From the human T2T-CHM13v2.0 reference genome, Homo sapiens: a DNA stretch of 64,000 nucleotides. A program made the position numbers and the translations under genes. The notes under the pieces were generated by a model. It saw nothing but the letters and a program-made list of their open reading frames with translations. It had not been told where the DNA came from and ran no database searches. The stretch lies in assembly GCF_009914755.1 (NCBI RefSeq), contig NC_060939.1, one strand, 5' to 3'. Positions 12,862-26,830 of this stretch are shown here, piece by piece. Each line of letters opens with the position of its first letter. Positions within the stretch are counted from its first letter, which is position 1.

Positions 12862-13230
12862 GCTATAGATCAGTCAGGATATGCTAGGCTGTGCTGCAGT
12901 AACAAACAACTCCAAAATCTCAGTGGGCTAAAAATCATGATACAGGTCAGCAAGGGGACTCTGCTCAGAGATCCAGGCTTACTGAACAATTACCATCTCA
13001 AATGGTTCTGATCAGCAGTGCCAGGAGGAAACAGAGATCTGGAGGGTCTCATAATGACAATTAAATGTCCAGTCTGTGGATATGATCCATGCACAATCAT
13101 TGATGTGAGCTAATTACTTGACACTATCCAATCATGACAGGGCCAGGATGGGCAACCCTAGCATGCGGCCAGAGTGGGAACAAAGGAAAATATTTCGCAA
13201 ATAACACTAAAGGGCACCACACACCACAAG
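12862..13230 (-). mobile_element. Old MaLR LTR (MLT1J/K-like)
   Basis: atcagtcaggatatgctaggctgtgctgcagtaacaaacaactccaaaatctcagtgg. Confidence 0.7.
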
Positions 13231-13989
13231 AAAAGGAAACATCCAGTAAGCTCCATCCATGCCAGTGCTGGACAGTGATGCCCACAAGAATGACTCCCAG
13301 ACAAAGGAATCAAACCCTTCCCAAGACGCAACAGCTCTGAGTAGAAGGGGAAGGTCATTGCAGAAGACAGCTTTGTTTTGCATTTAGCAAAGCGTGAGGG
13401 AGCTCAGAATTCCCTTACTGCTCTCTTTAAAAGTCAACTGTATTCATATTAATTGGGCATCCACATCATATCACAACACTGCCTGTGTTAGGCAAGAACA
13501 GGGCGGAACCATTCAGAAATGTGGATTCTTGCACAAAAGTGAGAAAGTGCTTCTTTCCCTAATTTGGAAGTGAGTTTAAAAATGCACAAAGAAGCAGAAA
13601 TTCCTCTGGGCATATTACTCTGCCAGATATGCTATGAGTTATTAGTAGCGGCTCTGCCAGGCTTACAGGGGGCTCAGCAAAGAGCCTCATTTTCCAGGTC
13701 AAGATCATTAGGGAGTTTAATTAGCACCTTGGTTGCAGAATCCATATGTACCCTGTCCTCCGAGGCCTACATAGAATTAACTGAGGAGCCCCATTCTTTG
13801 CCAGATGGAAGGCTGAGTGCTCCCCTAGATGTCTTCAGGCTCTTGAGGCTTGCATTCACGTGGGTTCCCTCTTGTACAGCTTTCTTTCCCACTGGCTCTT
13901 CAACTCACCTGCCAAAGGGAAACAAGCAAAGGGAAAAGGTGGGCACCACCCAGTGTGTCTGTAACAGCCTGGGGTGCAGTGCTGCAAGA

Positions 13990-14480
13990 ACAAGACATGG
14001 GAGTCTTGAGAGGACCGTCAGCTGGGGGACCTGTAAGAGGGTCTTGGATTCTGCAGGAGGAAGCTGGACTTTATCCAGTCATTGGTGCAAGGCCAGGGAA
14101 GGATTTTAAGCAAAGAGTGGATGTGGTCAGATTCACACTTTAGGTGGGTCACAGGGCAACTCCAGACATTGGTGAGGAAGCAGGCAAAGGTGGAAAGAGA
14201 ACCCAGAGGGGAAGCTTTTGCAGGACTCCTGATGAGAAGCCAGGGGTCTGACCCTGAGCTGGAAAGAGAGAGAGAGAGGTGGGGAACTATTTGTGAACTA
14301 ATTAAGAAAGTAAAGCCAGCAGGTCTTAGTGATTAAAACTGGGTGTAAGGGAGAAGCAGGAGTTCAGAGGGCAGTGGGAATTGATGGAGCACAGGATATG
14401 TCCAGAAGAGAGCGAGTTGCCAGGTAAACTAGAAGGTAGGCTGCCCTTTGGGAGTAGGAGAGGATATGGCCAGAAATGTC
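13990..14480 (-). mobile_element. L2 fragment
   Basis: ggactttatcc..ggaaggattttaagcaaagagtggatgtggtcagattcacacttt. Confidence 0.65.
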
Positions 14481-14508
14481 AGTTACCTTAAAAGTTAGGG
14501 GTGGCAGT

Positions 14509-15104
<596 letters not shown>

Positions 15105-15105
<1 letters not shown>

Positions 15106-15285
15106 AAGAAAGGAAGAGAGAAAAAGAGAGAGACAGAAAGAAAAGAGAGGAAGGAAGGGAGGGAGCGGGGGAGGGAAGAAGGAAGGAAGGAAGGAAGGAA
15201 GGAAGGAAGGAAGGAAGGAAGGAAGGAAGGAAGGACAGAAGGAAGGAAGGAAAGGAGTGAAGGAGGGAAGGAAGGAAAGTTAAGG
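15105..15285 (+). repeat. Purine-rich tail including (GGAA)13 at 15181-15232
   Basis: Counted directly. Confidence 0.95.
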
Positions 15286-15494
15286 GTGGCAGAGGGTGGG
15301 AGAGGCACTCTGTGCTGAGTTCTTTAAACACGGGGCAGTCTGTAACGGTTTTTAAGGAAAGATGCACCAGGACTGGGTTACTTTTCTGGCGGCTTGTCTG
15401 TCTAGACTGGGTAAACCAATCATACAAGAGCCTGTGGACTAAATTCCCTGAAAACACAGACAGCAATGTTTACATAAGGGATGAGATCATTTTA

Positions 15495-16034
15495 AAGTAT
15501 GTCCACAAATTCTTCAACACCATTCCCTTCTAAAGGTGGAACCTAATTCCCCTCCTCTAAACTAAAATGTGGGCCAGCTTCTAACAGAATATGAGGAAGA
15601 CATGGTGTCTGGCATCCAAGACTAGGTTTTAAAATGCATGGCATTGTCCTCCTCGCTTCCTCTCATGGATCACCTGTTCTGCAGGAAGCCAGCTGCCATG
15701 TCATAAGGACACTCAAGCAGCACTGTGGAGAAACTCATGTAATGAGAGACTGACACCTCCTATCAAAAACTAGGGAGGAACCGAGGTCTCTTACCAATAG
15801 CCATATGAGCATGCCATCTTGGAAGTGGATCCTTAAGTCCCGGTCAAGCCTTAGATGACTGCAGCCCCAGCTGACATCTTGACTAAAACCTCATGAGACA
15901 CCATGAGCCAGAACCACCTGGCTAAGATGTATCCAAATTCCTGACCCTTGGCAACTATGTGACATAGTAAATATTTGTTGTTTTTAGCCAACACGTGTTG
16001 GGCTAATTTTTACTCAGCAACAGGTAACTAATAC
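15495..16034 (+). mobile_element. MaLR LTR (MLT1F/G-like)
   Basis: gtccacaaattcttcaacacc..ggaagccagctgccatgtc..gtaactaataca. Confidence 0.8.
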
Positions 16035-17218
16035 AATGGAATTCCTGGGAAATGGTTGAAAGGTGAATGATAAAATGGAAGGGAGGAAGGATACAGGTTA
16101 GACAGCCCTTGCCAAAGTTTAGGAAAGACACACGAGGAGCTGAACAAAGGTGATGCGGATGGAAAGGAGAGAAACAGCAATGTGGGATGAAAGGTGGAAA
16201 TCCTAGGGAACTTGGCAACTAGTTGACCATGAGATGATATGCAGGAAAGAAAGATTATTCCAAGGTTGGGAGCCTGAGTGACCAAAAGGAACCTTTGGGA
16301 AAGGAAATTATGTGGATCTGTCACTGTTATCATAAACAGCACCACTGTCACCATTGTTAGTATTTAGAACAGTTTTCCTCTTAAAGAATATGTTCTCAAA
16401 AACAGCATGATCTCACTTAAGGGGGTTTCCATTCTCTTGTCATTTCAACTACTGAAGTGGCCAAAGCATGTTTTGTAACAAAAATTTTCCATTTGGCTGT
16501 TTTGTTTTCTGAAAATGCTTGTAATTACCCCCGAGTACTGGAGGAACTTGAAGCAGGCGTGGCCTTTTTCAACAGCCAAATGAGCCAGACCAAATCCTTT
16601 CCAGCAGCATCCTGCAGCACTTTAAAGAAGTGTGCATTGATCGAGGAGCTAGCTGGCACGCACGCAGGCAGACGGCCACCTCACCGGAATTCCCAGTGAG
16701 ACGCAGTGGCAAGGGCCGCATCGATTGACTCATCAACACTTTGGAGTTGAGCAGAGAGAAAGAAACTCAGCTGGACATGGGGAGGCACAAGTGACGGGTG
16801 CTGACGGCCTCTTCTGTAATGGATTCTTGAGCCAGATGGTTCCTTCTCCTGGATGTCAGGGCAGCAGATGCATGTGACTTCACCAAGCGTCAGATGAACC
16901 AAACACTTGGCAAAAGCTGAAGCTGGCTCCCCTGGATCAGATACAAGGAAAACTATTAGGACCCTCTTCTTTGCCTCCTCTTTAAAAGGCCACGGAAACA
17001 TTAAGGGAGAGGTTTACTCAAAAGTAGAAAACCTCCTCTGGTTGCAGGCCTGCCGCCAAATGAACTCATTCTCCTCCACTGCACTTATTTCAAGGTAAAG
17101 GAAAAGCAGAAAGAGATTAGCAAGGAAGGTCATTTTATTGTTCATCTTATTTACAGATACCTGATTGACGGAACCAATGCAGAGAATCCAGGACAAGCGC
17201 CCATGATATTAAGATAGT

Positions 17219-17513
17219 TGGGTGTGGTGGCTCACACCTGTAATCCTAGCACTTTGGGAGGCCAAGGTCGAAGGGTACCTTTAGGCCAACAGTCTGAGAC
17301 CAGCCTGAGCAACACAGCAAGAACCTGTCTCTACAACAACTATTAACTAAAAAATTAGCCAAGTGCGGTAGAACATGACCGTAGTCCCAGCTACTCAGAG
17401 GCTGAAGCAGGAAGATCACTTGAGCCCAGGAGTTGGAGGCTGCAGTGAGCTATGATTGTACCACTGGTACTCCAGCCTGGACGACAGAGTGAGATTCTGT
17501 CTAGAAAAAAAAA
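17219..17513 (+). mobile_element. AluJ
   Basis: ttgagcccaggagttggaggctgcagtgagctatgattg diagnostic of AluJ. Confidence 0.9.
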
Positions 17514-17707
17514 GTTCTTCTCCTGGCTGTGGTTTTATGTGGGGGTCTTACCTCCTCAACAGGTATGTACTAAACACCTACTGCAAATCCCACTGCCCCA
17601 GACTCTGATCAGGAGAAGATTCCTGAGTAGACCCATCCGGGGACTCTGGCCATGCTATGCAAGCTGTATTGCCCAGGCTGATGGGTTGGCTGTTTTCCCC
17701 ACTGGAC

Positions 17708-17927
17708 CTGTGGTTCTCAACCAGGGAGACTGACACCCATGGGACATTGGGAAATGTCTGGAGACATTTGTTGATTGCCATATACTGGAGCAGAGGGAGG
17801 TGCTATTGGCATCCAGTAGGTAGCATCCAGAGAGGCAACTGCACACCACATAATTCCCAGGACAGCTGCTGACAGCAGAATTCCCCAGCCCAGAGCACTA
17901 AATAACGCTGAGGCTGAAGAACCTTGG
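17708..17927 (+). mobile_element. MER20 (hAT-Charlie)
   Basis: gtggttctcaaccaggg..gggacattgggaaatgtctggagacattt..gctgaggctgaagaaccttg. Confidence 0.8.
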
Positions 17928-18100
17928 TCTAGATTATAAACTCCACACAGGCCAGCATTGGGCCTTTTGTCCCCAGTGCCTAAGACACAGTGACTGATTC
18001 ATAGTAGGTACGGAATGGAGGGAAAAAGGGAAAGAAGGAAACAAGAGGAGGAGGGAGGAAGTCACATTGCACATTCTCAGAGAAACTTAAAGGCTGGATG

Positions 18101-18450
<350 letters not shown>

Positions 18451-19325
18451 TCAAAGTGTTTCACCATCCTTCCAGATTTTTCCAGTTCAAGCCCAGTTGT
18501 TGATATCAAGTCAGCTGCTCCTCCCAGAACTCTGACAACATCAATCCTCATCAGTAGCCCCCAACTCTTCAGTTTCAGAGAGCCATAAAAAAGGTGGTCT
18601 TCTTCCCTACTCTGCCCCAAGTGTGTACCCACTGTGGCCCATGAGTGGCCTTGCACAGCACTGACCTTCACCGTCACCCCTGGAGCTCACAACAGTTTTG
18701 ACTGCCCCACAGCCTACACAAGTGCACACACACACAAACACACACAGGAAGTAATGTGCAGGGCCACTTGACTCTACTGCTCCCTGCTGGGGCTGGTCAC
18801 CCGAGATGGCCTCATTCCCAGTTGCAAACAAAACCTAGTGAGCTCAGAGCCCTTACATTCCAGAGCGGTCTGTACCATGTTTTGCTTCCCCTTCGGACTT
18901 GCCATCGGAGAGAACGCAAACTCCACTGAGACAGGCTGTCATGCAAAGCCAGCTCGCCACTCTCTTCCCAAGGGGTCGGTCCTCTTCTTGGGCCTCCCCA
19001 ACCCACCCCAGGCAGGCATCTCCTGGTAACTGCACTGGCTGACCTGTTGAGCAAGAAACAGATTGAAGAGAGGCTTTTGACAAGGCCTCTGCAGGCACTG
19101 CTCTGCCTGCCAAGCTTCATGGAATGCTGGAAGCATCCCCATTTAAATGAAGAATCTAGCCATTCTGTGCTCACCCAGGAAGTTTATATTTGTGTCAGTG
19201 AAGCATGCATTCTAGAAGACCATAAACAAAGCCATAGCCTTGGGGACCCAGAGAGCAGCCTCCTGAGGGGCTGTCCAAAGTTAGAACGTACTCCTCGCAG
19301 GGGACGGAAGTACCCATATCAAACA

Positions 19326-19860
19326 TGTCTTCTGATTTCTTTTATTTCTGTATTCTGATGCTATGACATTTGTGGTTTTGCTGACCCTGAAGGGACTGCC
19401 CCTCCAGCGATAGCTGATTCCTAAGAGAGTCAACAAATTGCCCCCCACCCCCAAGTATGTTTTTCAAGTGCAAACAAACAAATCTTGATCTCACACACCC
19501 TCTCCAGCATCCTCCTTCATTAGGTTCCCACCCTCCTGAGCCACCATCCATCCACCCTGATCACCCCAGGGCCAGGTGCCAGACAACTAGGGACACCCTG
19601 GATGCCCTGGAGCCTGGAAATTCTTCAAATTTGCCAATCCTGAGACTGCTTGCCCTGCCTCTCTGCTCCATCCCACGGAAGGCACAATAAAGACCTCTGA
19701 CCCATTTTCCCCAACCCAATCACCCTGACCAACCCAATCACCCTGACCAACCCGGTGCTTCCTCTTATGAATGTGCCTCTTCTTTGCAGGAAACTGTAAT
19801 TAGGATAAGGTGTTTCTTGGTGACAATTATTTCCATATCTGGGGCATGGTGACGTAGCCT
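19326..19860 (+). mobile_element. MER74-like ERVL LTR
   Basis: ttctgtattctgatgctatgacatt..gctgaccctgaagggactgcccctccag; aataaa at 19686; internal 18-bp tandem duplication near 19711-19752. Confidence 0.65.
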
Positions 19861-20949
19861 CCCCATCTCAATGCTGAGGGAGTACAGAGTAGTCAGAGGC
19901 AGGAGGAGGCGGCGCACTGCACTGTGGAAGCTCTGACTGTAAGCAGACACGATGTCTGTTCCCTAGATCACTCCCTCTATCGTCCCCACAAACTGTGGAC
20001 ACCGAAGAGGCACAGAAGCGGTTAAAACCCCTCGCTCACCAGAGGCAGAGCCAAGATTTGAACCCAAGACTCGAACAGCGAACAGTGGTTCTCTTTCCAC
20101 CTCCTCTGGCTGCTTTCTCAATGGACGCTTTAAAGCATCAACAAGGATATGTCTTTTTTCCTTTCTGGGACCAGTGAGGGCCACACAGAAAGGGATGTCT
20201 ACAAGGGTGTCACCGCTGCTATCAGTCCCAGAGACCATGCACCATGCACCCCTGTGGTCCAGTTCTCCACCATCCTCCCCAGGGACACCCAGTTATTAGG
20301 CCATCTTCAGTAGCCAATGGCCAGTAATAGCTTCTGGTGTCCCCTCTTCTTGGGACATCGGCATTTTAGCAGCACTCCAAGTGCAGAGAGGTGGCCCAGA
20401 GGGCAAGGGAGCCTGCCAACCGTCTCCCTGGAAGCCCCGCTGTGCTACGGCACACTGGAGTGTTTTCAAAACGATGTAGCGAAACCACCGCGGAGGTAAA
20501 AGGTCGATTGTTCCCAGCCACAGCCGCTCTGTGGGGACGACTTTATAGCGCAGCCCGGCCAGTACCGACAGGGAAAATGGCATTTGGGAAGGGTGGGAAC
20601 TGCCAGCATCACTCATGCCTAAAGCCGGCCTTCCTGCTCGAAGCCAGGAGGCTTACTAAGGTCTTTCAACCACAGCTGAGAATAAATGAGTTTTTTTCAG
20701 AGTCCACATTGAAAGAGAGCCATCTCCTGACGTTCCAGCATTGCACAGATCCCATGGTAGCAAAGAGAAATGAAAATATTAATAGCTTGTGCTATGAGAA
20801 GGCATTTCAAGACGGTTCTGATTTTAAATCTGCTTTCACATGGGATACCTTGAGAAGAAATAAAATCGTCTGCTCTGTGTTCCTGCATAATTACAGAGAC
20901 TCATCGGACACACACAAAATAAAGAAGGTTCTTTTTTTAAAAGCAGAAG

Positions 20950-21405
20950 TACTATATGCTTCGAAAATGCCAGTGTCATAAAAGACAAAGAAATGCTGCG
21001 GAAATGGTCCAGATCAAGGTATATAAAGAGACATGACAGCTAAATGTAGCATCTGCCCCTAAACTGGATCATCTACTATGGAGGAGGGGGGATGCTACAA
21101 AGGACATTATTAAACCAAGTGGCAAAATTAGAATACGGACAGTAGATGAGATGAAAGTATTGTATCAATGCAAATTGGTGTCAGTGACTGCACTGTGATG
21201 ACATAAGAGGTTATCTCCATTCTTAGGAAATACCCACTGGAGTGCTGAAGGGCAAAGGGCCATGTTCCATATAATTCACCCTCCAGTGGCTCCGAAAAAA
21301 AAATTACACACAAGCAAGCTGAAATAAAAAGTACACAGGAGCGCCTTGTACTATCTGCATTTTTGCATCTCTTGTCAATTTAAAATTAATTCCAAATAAA
21401 AGCTC
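20950..21405 (+). mobile_element. L1MC-type 3' UTR fragment
   Basis: aaatgccagtgtcataaaagacaaag..gagacatgacagctaaatg..ttcttaggaaatacccactgg. Confidence 0.65.
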
Positions 21406-21407
21406 TG

Positions 21408-21723
21408 CTTTTTTTTTTTTTTTTTTTTTTTTTTTTTGAGACAGTCTCACTCTGTCACCCAGGCTGGAGTGCAGTGGTGTGATCTCAGATCTCGGCTCAC
21501 TGCAACCCCTGCCTTCTGGGTTCAAGTGATTCTCCTGCCTCAGCCTCCCGAGTAGCTGGGACTATAGGCGGGCGCCACTACACTCAGCTAATTTTTGTAT
21601 TTTTAGTAGAGACTGGGTTTCTGCATGGTGCCCAGGCTGGCCTCGAACTCCTGGCCTCAAGTGATCTGCCCACCTCAGCCTCCCAAGTGTTGGGATTACA
21701 TGCATAAGCCACCATGCCCGGCC
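21408..21723 (-). mobile_element. AluS
   Basis: Poly-T followed by reverse-complement Alu. Confidence 0.95.
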
Positions 21724-22144
21724 AAGTAGTCTGCTTGTAAATCTCATCTTTGAGTAACTGCAGGCAGAGGGAGAGAATGTTCTACCACTAGAGCATAAGC
21801 TGGCAGCATGGGTGGGGACCAGCTTGGGGCCCAGGAGAGGGCTGATTCCAATTTTCTCAAGTCCCACTGGATTTCAGGAGCTGCCCCAGGCCCTATCACA
21901 GTGGGGAGCAAAACTGACAGTCTCAGGAGGCTTACAGCCTGAAGGAGGAGAAGGAGGAGGAGAAAATGGAGGAGGAGGAGGAGGAGGGGGGAAGAGAAGA
22001 GCGGGGAGGAGAAGGGGGAGGAAGAGGAGAGGGAGGAGGAGGAGGGGGAGGCAGAGAGACAGGCCAAAAATCACACCAGTAGATGGGTCATAACAAACTG
22101 TTAAAAGCTGTAAGGGAGAAGTTCAAAAAGATCTAAAACACTAG

Positions 22145-22370
<226 letters not shown>

Positions 22371-22395
22371 CTTAAGGCAGTAAACTGGGGGGGCT

Positions 22396-22799
22396 GATAT
22401 AATTTGGCTGTTTGTCTCTCCAAATCTCATGTTGAAGTGTAAACCCCAATGTCGCAGGTGGGTCCTGTGGGGGGTGTTTGGGCCATGGGGGCGGATCCCG
22501 GGGGTATGGCCTGCTTGGTACTGTCCCCACCACAGTGGGTGACTCTTTGAGACCTGGTTGTTTAACAGTGTGTGACACTCTCCCTCTCTCTTGCTCCTGC
22601 TCTCGCCTGTGATGCTGGCTTCCCACCCCACCCCCCGCCTTCCGCCATGATTGGAAGCTTCCTGAGGCCCCCACCCAGAGGCAGGTGCTGGTACCATGCG
22701 CTACAGCCTGCAGAACTGTGAGCCAATTAAACTCATTCTGTTTGTAAATTATCCAGCTGCAGGTATTTCTTTCTAACAATACACGAACGCCCTAACACA
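22396..22799 (+). mobile_element. MSTB-type MaLR solo LTR
   Basis: tgatataatttggctgtttgtctctccaaatctcatgttgaa..gaactgtgagccaattaaac..ctaacaca. Confidence 0.85.
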
Positions 22800-23699
22800 G
22801 AGCCCTATGAGAAAGTAAAACCAGAAACCTGAATTAGAGTGTGTTTCTGGAACACTAAAGCAAGAGCTGAGGGAGGCTTGAGGAGCGGGGCATTTGAGGG
22901 GTGGTCTTGAGGGGCTCGTTGAAGCATTTGCCTGAGAACACGCAGCAAGAAAGCGGCGAGGGCAGCTCCCAGGCATCCCAGATTGAGCAATTAGGTGAGC
23001 GGAGCGCCAGTCACTGAGAGGAGACCCTGCCGGGAGCCTCGCTCAGCTCCAGGAGTGCTGTCTACACAGCAATTTCCTGCACTCGTATTTCATGTTCATC
23101 CACCTCCCCCTCTCCATCTGGTCCCTATGGACACGTCGGCTCTGGCCGACCGCTTGCCCTGGTGCAGAGGTTTCCCACTGCCCTCACCTAGTCTTCTGTG
23201 CCGTGGCTGTGGTGCCTTTCTCTTCCTCAGAAGATGCCCGATTCCAAAGCTGCAGCCCTCAGCGATGCCTGTCAGCAGTCTCAGGGGTAGGGCATGGGGG
23301 ACTCAGCACTTTCTCTTAAGCCTCCCAGGTGGATTCAAAGCTCCGTCCTTTGGGAGCCCCAGCGCCTGCAAAGCTGCGCTGAGGGAGGAGGTGGGGCCTT
23401 GGGTGGAACAGTCGGGAATCCTGGGTCCCGTGGCTCCTCCTTGCCCCTGGAGCCAATGAGGAGAGACACATCCCAAGAAGGCCCCAGGCTGGGGCAGCCC
23501 CCTCAATCGGGACACCACAGCTCCTAGGACCTCTACTGCAGACCTTGGGGTCTCTGGCTTGGGGCAAGGAGGCCCTGGAATCAGAGGCCTGGTTTGGAAT
23601 CCTGCCTCCACTTCCCCACCTGTGTACTGGGGACACCACAGTCCCTCCCTAGTAGGGGTGCAGTGAGGGCTCAGTGCGTTTGTTCTCATTGCCGCCCTG

Positions 23700-24700
23700 T
23701 GTTTATTACTATCGCCATTACGGCCTCATCCTCCAAGGAGACTGCTGCTGGAAAGGCCGTGGTTGCTGCGTGTGTCCCGCAGCCCCCTGCAGCCAGCGTC
23801 TCCTCGGCCCCGGCCCGACCCTGCCGTCCCTGCTCTGCTCCCTCAGCGACCGCAGACCCCTCACGCACATGCCCAGCCCTGCAGTCCTACTCTGCCACCC
23901 CAAGGGGCTTGGGCTTCAGTGGGGGCAGCGTGCGGGGCGTGGAGAGGGAGACGTGTAAAGCCCTGAGAGGCTCTGCAGCCACAGTCCCGCAGTCAGCGTT
24001 CCCTCTCGGCCAAGCCTCCTGGCTGCACATCGTTTCCCGGGCATCTCAGTGAGACCGGCCTCGGCTCACAGCGGCACGTTGTTTTTACACTTCGGGGACT
24101 CTGGTGGGACCGCGGGAAGCCAGGAGGCGGGCGCGCCCCGGGAGCCGATAGGAAAGTGCAACAGCGCCATCTAGTGGCCGCGCGGGGAGGCTGCGGAGCG
24201 CGCGCCGCGACCCGGGATCCACCGTCCGCAGGAAAACGTGGTCCCTCCGATGCGTGGTCACAGCGCGGCAGCGCGGCCTTGGGAGCTTCTTAAACAACAG
24301 GTTAGCTATCGCTGCCGCCTCAGTAAGAGAAGTCAAGGCCAAAACGCTTAAAGGATTTTGACCTATTCGGCTTGGTGGAGAGCGCTAAAAGGGGACGCTA
24401 TAGCGGGATTCTCAGCTCTCCTGGGCTAGTGGGACCCCCGGTGCGCCGCCGCCGATGGGGTCTTAGGGCCTGTCTGTCTGGGCTAGAGCCGGCCCGGGAG
24501 CCTGTTTGCGGGGAGTGCGGGTCAGCAAAGCTGTCACAGAAAATCCTCCTCCAACGGAAGGAAAAAACTGTGTTCTCAGGGAAGGTACCCTACAGAGCGC
24601 AGGTCCCCACCCCTGAGCATGCATCGGCGTCCCCCGGAGCGCTTGTTGAAACAAGGATTCCCGGGCCTCCCTGAGGCTGTGATTCGCAGGTCTGGGGTGA
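23700..24700. promoter_or_regulatory. CpG island 1 (orphan; candidate promoter or insulator)
   Basis: High GC and dense CpG (gcgcgcgccgcgacccgg, ggcgcgccccggg) against a CpG-depleted background. Confidence 0.85.
24162..24180 (-). promoter_or_regulatory. CTCF core motif CGGCCACTAGATGGCGCTG
   Basis: Near-perfect match to CCASYAGRKGGCRS, inside CpG island 1. Confidence 0.85.
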
Positions 24701-24785
24701 GAGCTGAGGATCTGCATTTCTAGCAAGTCCTCTGTTGATGCTGATGCTGATGTTGCTGGTCCGGGGCGCACCTTCAGACCCACTC
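24600..24785. mobile_element. MER5A (hAT-Charlie) at the edge of CpG island 1
   Basis: ggtctggggtgagagctgaggatctgcatttctagcaag..gatgctgatgttgctggtcc. Confidence 0.75.
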
Positions 24786-25319
24786 TTAAGCCTCATGGCT
24801 ATTTAAGCTGGGCTACTTCTTCCTGAATATTTGAAAATTCCCGTGGTCTACACTTACCCTGCTCCACCTACAATGGCAGAGTTCCAGAGCCTCAGTGTGG
24901 GACTTTTCAGGAAAAGCCAGAGAGGCGCTTTGGGGGCATGGGAAAGGGGGTACGATGGAGCTGAACGTGGAGCTCTCTCCCACCCGCTGAGCTCTGGCAG
25001 CCCAGATCCACCAGGAGTTGAAGTCGGACCCAGCCCCAGGCCTGCAAAGGCTGTTGGTCCCCAAGGCAGCATCCAGACAGTCAGTGAGGGCAAGATGCTT
25101 ACACTCTGGAGGCTTACATTCTGTGGAGGACAGGTCTGAGGTCATCTGTGCAACATAAACGCTCGTGGATTTCCACTACCTTTACAGACAGAATTGCACT
25201 GGCGACATTTTATGCTAGAGATTTATCGACACAAATGAGAAGTTTCTGTTCTGATACAACCACCATGATTTCATGAGAGGGTTGGTTCTTCAGCCTGCAG
25301 TCTGTGGGTCTCTGGCTAA

Positions 25320-25520
25320 CACTTAGGCCAACAAGACCACGTGTGCATTCAGTCAATCGGAGGTGAGCAGTGCTCTTTAGTGCCGTCCTGTTACATTCCA
25401 GCCAGTCAGACAGCAAGCGTATTCAGCCAATCAGAAGTAAGCATTGCTGTGCACTCCATCCCCATCACATTCAGCCTAATCAGACCACAAATGCATTCAG
25501 CCAATCGGAAGTGATCACTA
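25320..25520 (+). repeat. Degenerate 74-bp tandem repeat (about 3 units) with two CCAAT-like boxes per unit
   Basis: cattcagccaatcRga-like motifs at 25320, 25346, 25394, 25420, 25468 and 25494. Confidence 0.75.
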
Positions 25521-25698
25521 GTCTGAGCCCTCACCCACCGGGATCCATAATATTGTTATACCTGTTCTATTAATTCATAAATGGCCTTCATTGATGTGGC
25601 CGTTAATATGTGCTGTAGATCAGCTGAAGAGTGATGTGCCTGCCCTAGGAACCAACTGTTCATCACAAATGTATGCCCATGACAAAAATGTATACATC

Positions 25699-26110
<412 letters not shown>

Positions 26111-26381
26111 TTATTTTTTAGAAAAGTAAGTAAATACAATCTGTCTTGGAGTATGTTTGTCTTTATACTAACACAGTGCCAAAATATATTTTTTAATATT
26201 TTTATGGAGGAAGGGGCCTATGAAGGCAAAAGTCCCTAAGGCCCAAGGAAGTCATGCTTCAAGCAAATAGGAAGAATTGGATCATCCTGAAGGCCTGTAC
26301 AGCTCTAACCATCTGTGGTTGCATATAACCATTCTCTTTTCCCTCCATTATTACAAAAGATAGTAGACTTCGGAGAAGGAA

Positions 26382-26830
26382 TGTGTCAGTCTGGACTGTT
26401 GGTTTCAGGGGCAGAAAACCAACTCGAATTAACTTGGGCAAAAGCGGAAGATTTTTAACTCTTGTCACTGAAAACTCTAGGAGTAGTTCTGGCTTCAGTC
26501 AGAGCTGGGTTCAGAGACTCAGTAAATCCCAAGTTCCCAGGTCTCCCCATCTCTCAGCTCCCATTCCACTTTCTGGCCCTGCCCTGTAGTCACAAGATGG
26601 CAGCAGCTTTTTCACACTTACTTCTACTCTTTTCGGGCATCTGAGGTTCATTCTGTCTGGACCAGCTCAAGCCAACTTGCCACCCTGCGTGACCCAGGAG
26701 AATCCTATGCTCTGACTGGCTTAGGCCTGGGTCACCTGCCTTATTCTAACCACCAGGTAAGAGGCAGAGAGGGATTTCAGGCAAAAATCGGGCTATTCTG
26801 GAAGTGGAGAAAATGAATGCAGGAGGCAGA
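26382..26830 (-). mobile_element. Old MaLR LTR (MLT1K-N-like)
   Basis: gcagaaaaccaactcgaattaacttgggcaaaa..cacaagatggcagcagc..tctgactggcttaggcctgggtcac. Confidence 0.6.

Noticed and set aside
13564-14109. 181-aa ORF
   Set aside because: Non-ATG start, no homology recognised, ends in an L2 fragment.
20391-20981. 196-aa ORF in mildly CpG-rich DNA
   Set aside because: Non-ATG start, no domain similarity, runs into an L1 remnant.
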